From: Ramazzottius varieornatus
Taxonomy: Eukaryota; Animalia; Tardigrada
NCBI GenBank assembly: GCA_001949185.1
Contig: BDGG01000004.1
Span: 2,505,620 to 2,569,619, forward strand
Reading direction: 5' to 3'
Length of the DNA: 64,000 nucleotides
Positions 62,222 through 64,000 of this stretch are shown here, piece after piece (position 1 is the first letter of the stretch; every line of letters begins with the position of its first letter). The notes below the pieces were generated by a model, which saw nothing but the letters and a program-made list of their open reading frames with translations, ran no database searches and was not told where the DNA came from. The position numbers and the translations under genes were made by a program.

Positions 62222-63455
62222 TCAGTATACTTTGGCGAGGATGGCTGGTGCATCCGATGTGCTTCTTCGGTATGCATCATGGCGGATTCTTCCACTTTGC
62301 AGCTTCTCTTCATAGATCGCCTTGACCACGACTTGCTGTTTGGAATGGCTATTGTGATGGATCATCATCTCCAAGTTCTCTAGCTGGTCAAAGCTGCCCT
62401 TCGGAAAGAAACTCTGCTTGCGGCCTGATCCGACCCGTTCAGTATCAGCACGGGAAGGTCGTTGGCAGTGGGGATACGGACGCCAAAGACTCTCTATCAC
62501 AGTGGAGACCAGAAGGATCACAGATGCGCAGACGGATCCAACCTGATAAAAATGATACGACCACACATCAAGAAACGATGACAGATTTGAGCGACTCTAT
62601 ATTACCTGGATCCAGAAGCTGCTGCCGTACTGGACGCTACTAGCCACTGTTCGGCGCATGGCCAGTGTGGCAAAGGCCAGGCAAATGCATGCAAATATCA
62701 CAATGAAAATGGCACAGACCGCTTTTTGCGAAAGGGTTCGGCTGTTGAGACAGCAGCATGGAGCTTCATTTCGGACTAGTCGAAATAGCTGGACGCTGGC
62801 CGTCAGCGTGCAGACGATAATCAAGAACTGGCAAAGTACCCCGCAAATGCCCGAAATGGCGCACCACGCTATGGAACACAAAGTCAGTTGTCAAAGATCC
62901 ACATGCATTTTGTTATCAAACTTTCAATGTGTACTGACAGTGAATGTTATTAATTACTTTGATGGCATATAGGAATGCACTAAAATACTAGCGTGCGAGT
63001 ACCTGGTAGCACGAATTTCCCGGCTTGGCCCACAGCACATCCATCGTCGAACTTCTTCTTGAGCAGGGTACGAATGCAAACTGCGAAAAGGCCAAAGTGT
63101 CCCGATTCATACCGTGCTTCTGTGGAGAAAGGCCAAATTCACGATAACATGCCAGATTCGATAGATATCACAGACAAGGATTTTTGTACATACCTTCATC
63201 AAGGATTTCGTATCTTCCCCAATCGTCCCCTGCTAACGCCAGGCCCTGCAATACAGTTGCAACGACGCAGGCTAGTATAGTGAAACACAAGGAGAAGGCA
63301 ATGCCTTTTATCCGGCGATTCACGTCGAAGTTGAGAGTAGCGGATCGCTTCGAGGCTTTGGAATACTGCGACTGTTGTTGCTGTCGGAGAAATCCGGCCG
63401 GTGTTCTGTCCTTAATCAGTTGATATACGAAGTTTTGTCTGCTCGACGCATCCAT
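62222..63455 (-). CDS. Claudin/PMP22-superfamily four-TM protein
   Basis: Four exons. TM1 is followed by DDW..GHFGLFAVC..GC, the W-GLW-C-C signature. Three more hydrophobic helices, YGSSFW before TM4, and a C-terminus ..AKVY*. Confidence 0.75.
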
Positions 63456-63660
63456 CTTTCACACTGGAAACATCGGCTGCAAGGGAAAGTTACACAGGAT
63501 TCTTCTGCCACAAAAGTAGGCAGCGTTGCTGTTCGTCCATGCATCATCAACTTGGAATGATCACGGTAGATCGACGATAGCTCCATCAGCTAAATTCCAC
63601 TCGAGCAAAAGCATTCCCACTTTGTCCAGTTGAATTAGTCAGACAGTAATACCGATCCTT

Positions 63661-63958
63661 ACCGTTAGCCTGCAGATAAAGGTCGCATACTATTGACGGT
63701 TCTAATCACAGAGCCCAGATGAAAATTGGATAATCAATCTTAAGTTCTGGATATTCGATAATTCGACTAACATTTCGCTCGAGGCTTACGCTTGCAGCAC
63801 GTAGTACAGCACGTTCTCCTGCAATGCAGGAACACATCGATCCAGATGCTTGAGATTCAGAACGCAGAATCAAAAACACTTCCGTTGTCCAGGAGAAGTA
63901 TGCATCCGATGGTCCGGGAGGTGGGAGCAAAGGAAGATGGACAGTGGACAGTCTGTAC
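63661..63958 (-). CDS. Possible 3' coding exons of an unidentified gene entering from the right edge
   Basis: Short AG/GT-bounded exons can be joined in frame as YRLSTVHLPLLPPPGPSDAYFSWTTE-ENVLYYVLQA-LT. They could instead be 5' UTR exons of the claudin-like gene. Confidence 0.25.
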
Positions 63959-64000
63959 CTGTGTGGACTATGGAATCGAAATGACTGCTCTGGCCAGAAA

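Noticed and set aside
1-64000. Prokaryote-style systems (CRISPR, defence islands, prophage) and the many 60-130 aa ORFs in the track
   Set aside because: The DNA is spliced eukaryotic sequence with no repeat-spacer array. Most short ORFs are antisense or off-frame shadows of exons, or exon-plus-intron read-throughs.

Overview
Eukaryotic, intron-rich, compact animal DNA. Most introns are about 50-110 nt and GT-AG. Gene architecture and sequences suggest a protostome, most plausibly a clade I nematode such as Trichuris; this is inferred, not verified. The six-frame ORFs are exon fragments, so gene models were rebuilt by hand from splice sites and reading-frame phase. Gene order left to right: coiled-coil gene with a cryptic KASH-like tail (-), agrin (+), TMEM222 (-), transportin-SR/TNPO3 (+), CELF1/2 (-), Tudor-SN/SND1 (+), three achaete-scute genes resembling the three ASC subfamilies (ASCa +, ASCc -, ASCb -), CNG channel alpha subunit (-), MKK3/6 (-), tyrosine hydroxylase (-), a claudin-like gene (-), and possible exons of a further gene at the right edge. 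There are three TA-flanked MITE-like foldbacks. Most notable: (1) a compact ASCa/ASCc/ASCb cluster about 8 kb from TH, echoing the vertebrate ASCL2-TH and ASCL1-PAH linkages; (2) a KASH tail inside a spliceable intron, which could switch between a nuclear-envelope isoform and a long coiled-coil isoform; (3) a mirtron-shaped intron in MKK3/6; (4) a CNG pore with Gln at the filter glutamate; (5) a reduced agrin that keeps introns at the vertebrate y and z splice sites. No prokaryotic features, CRISPR arrays, tRNA or rRNA genes were seen.
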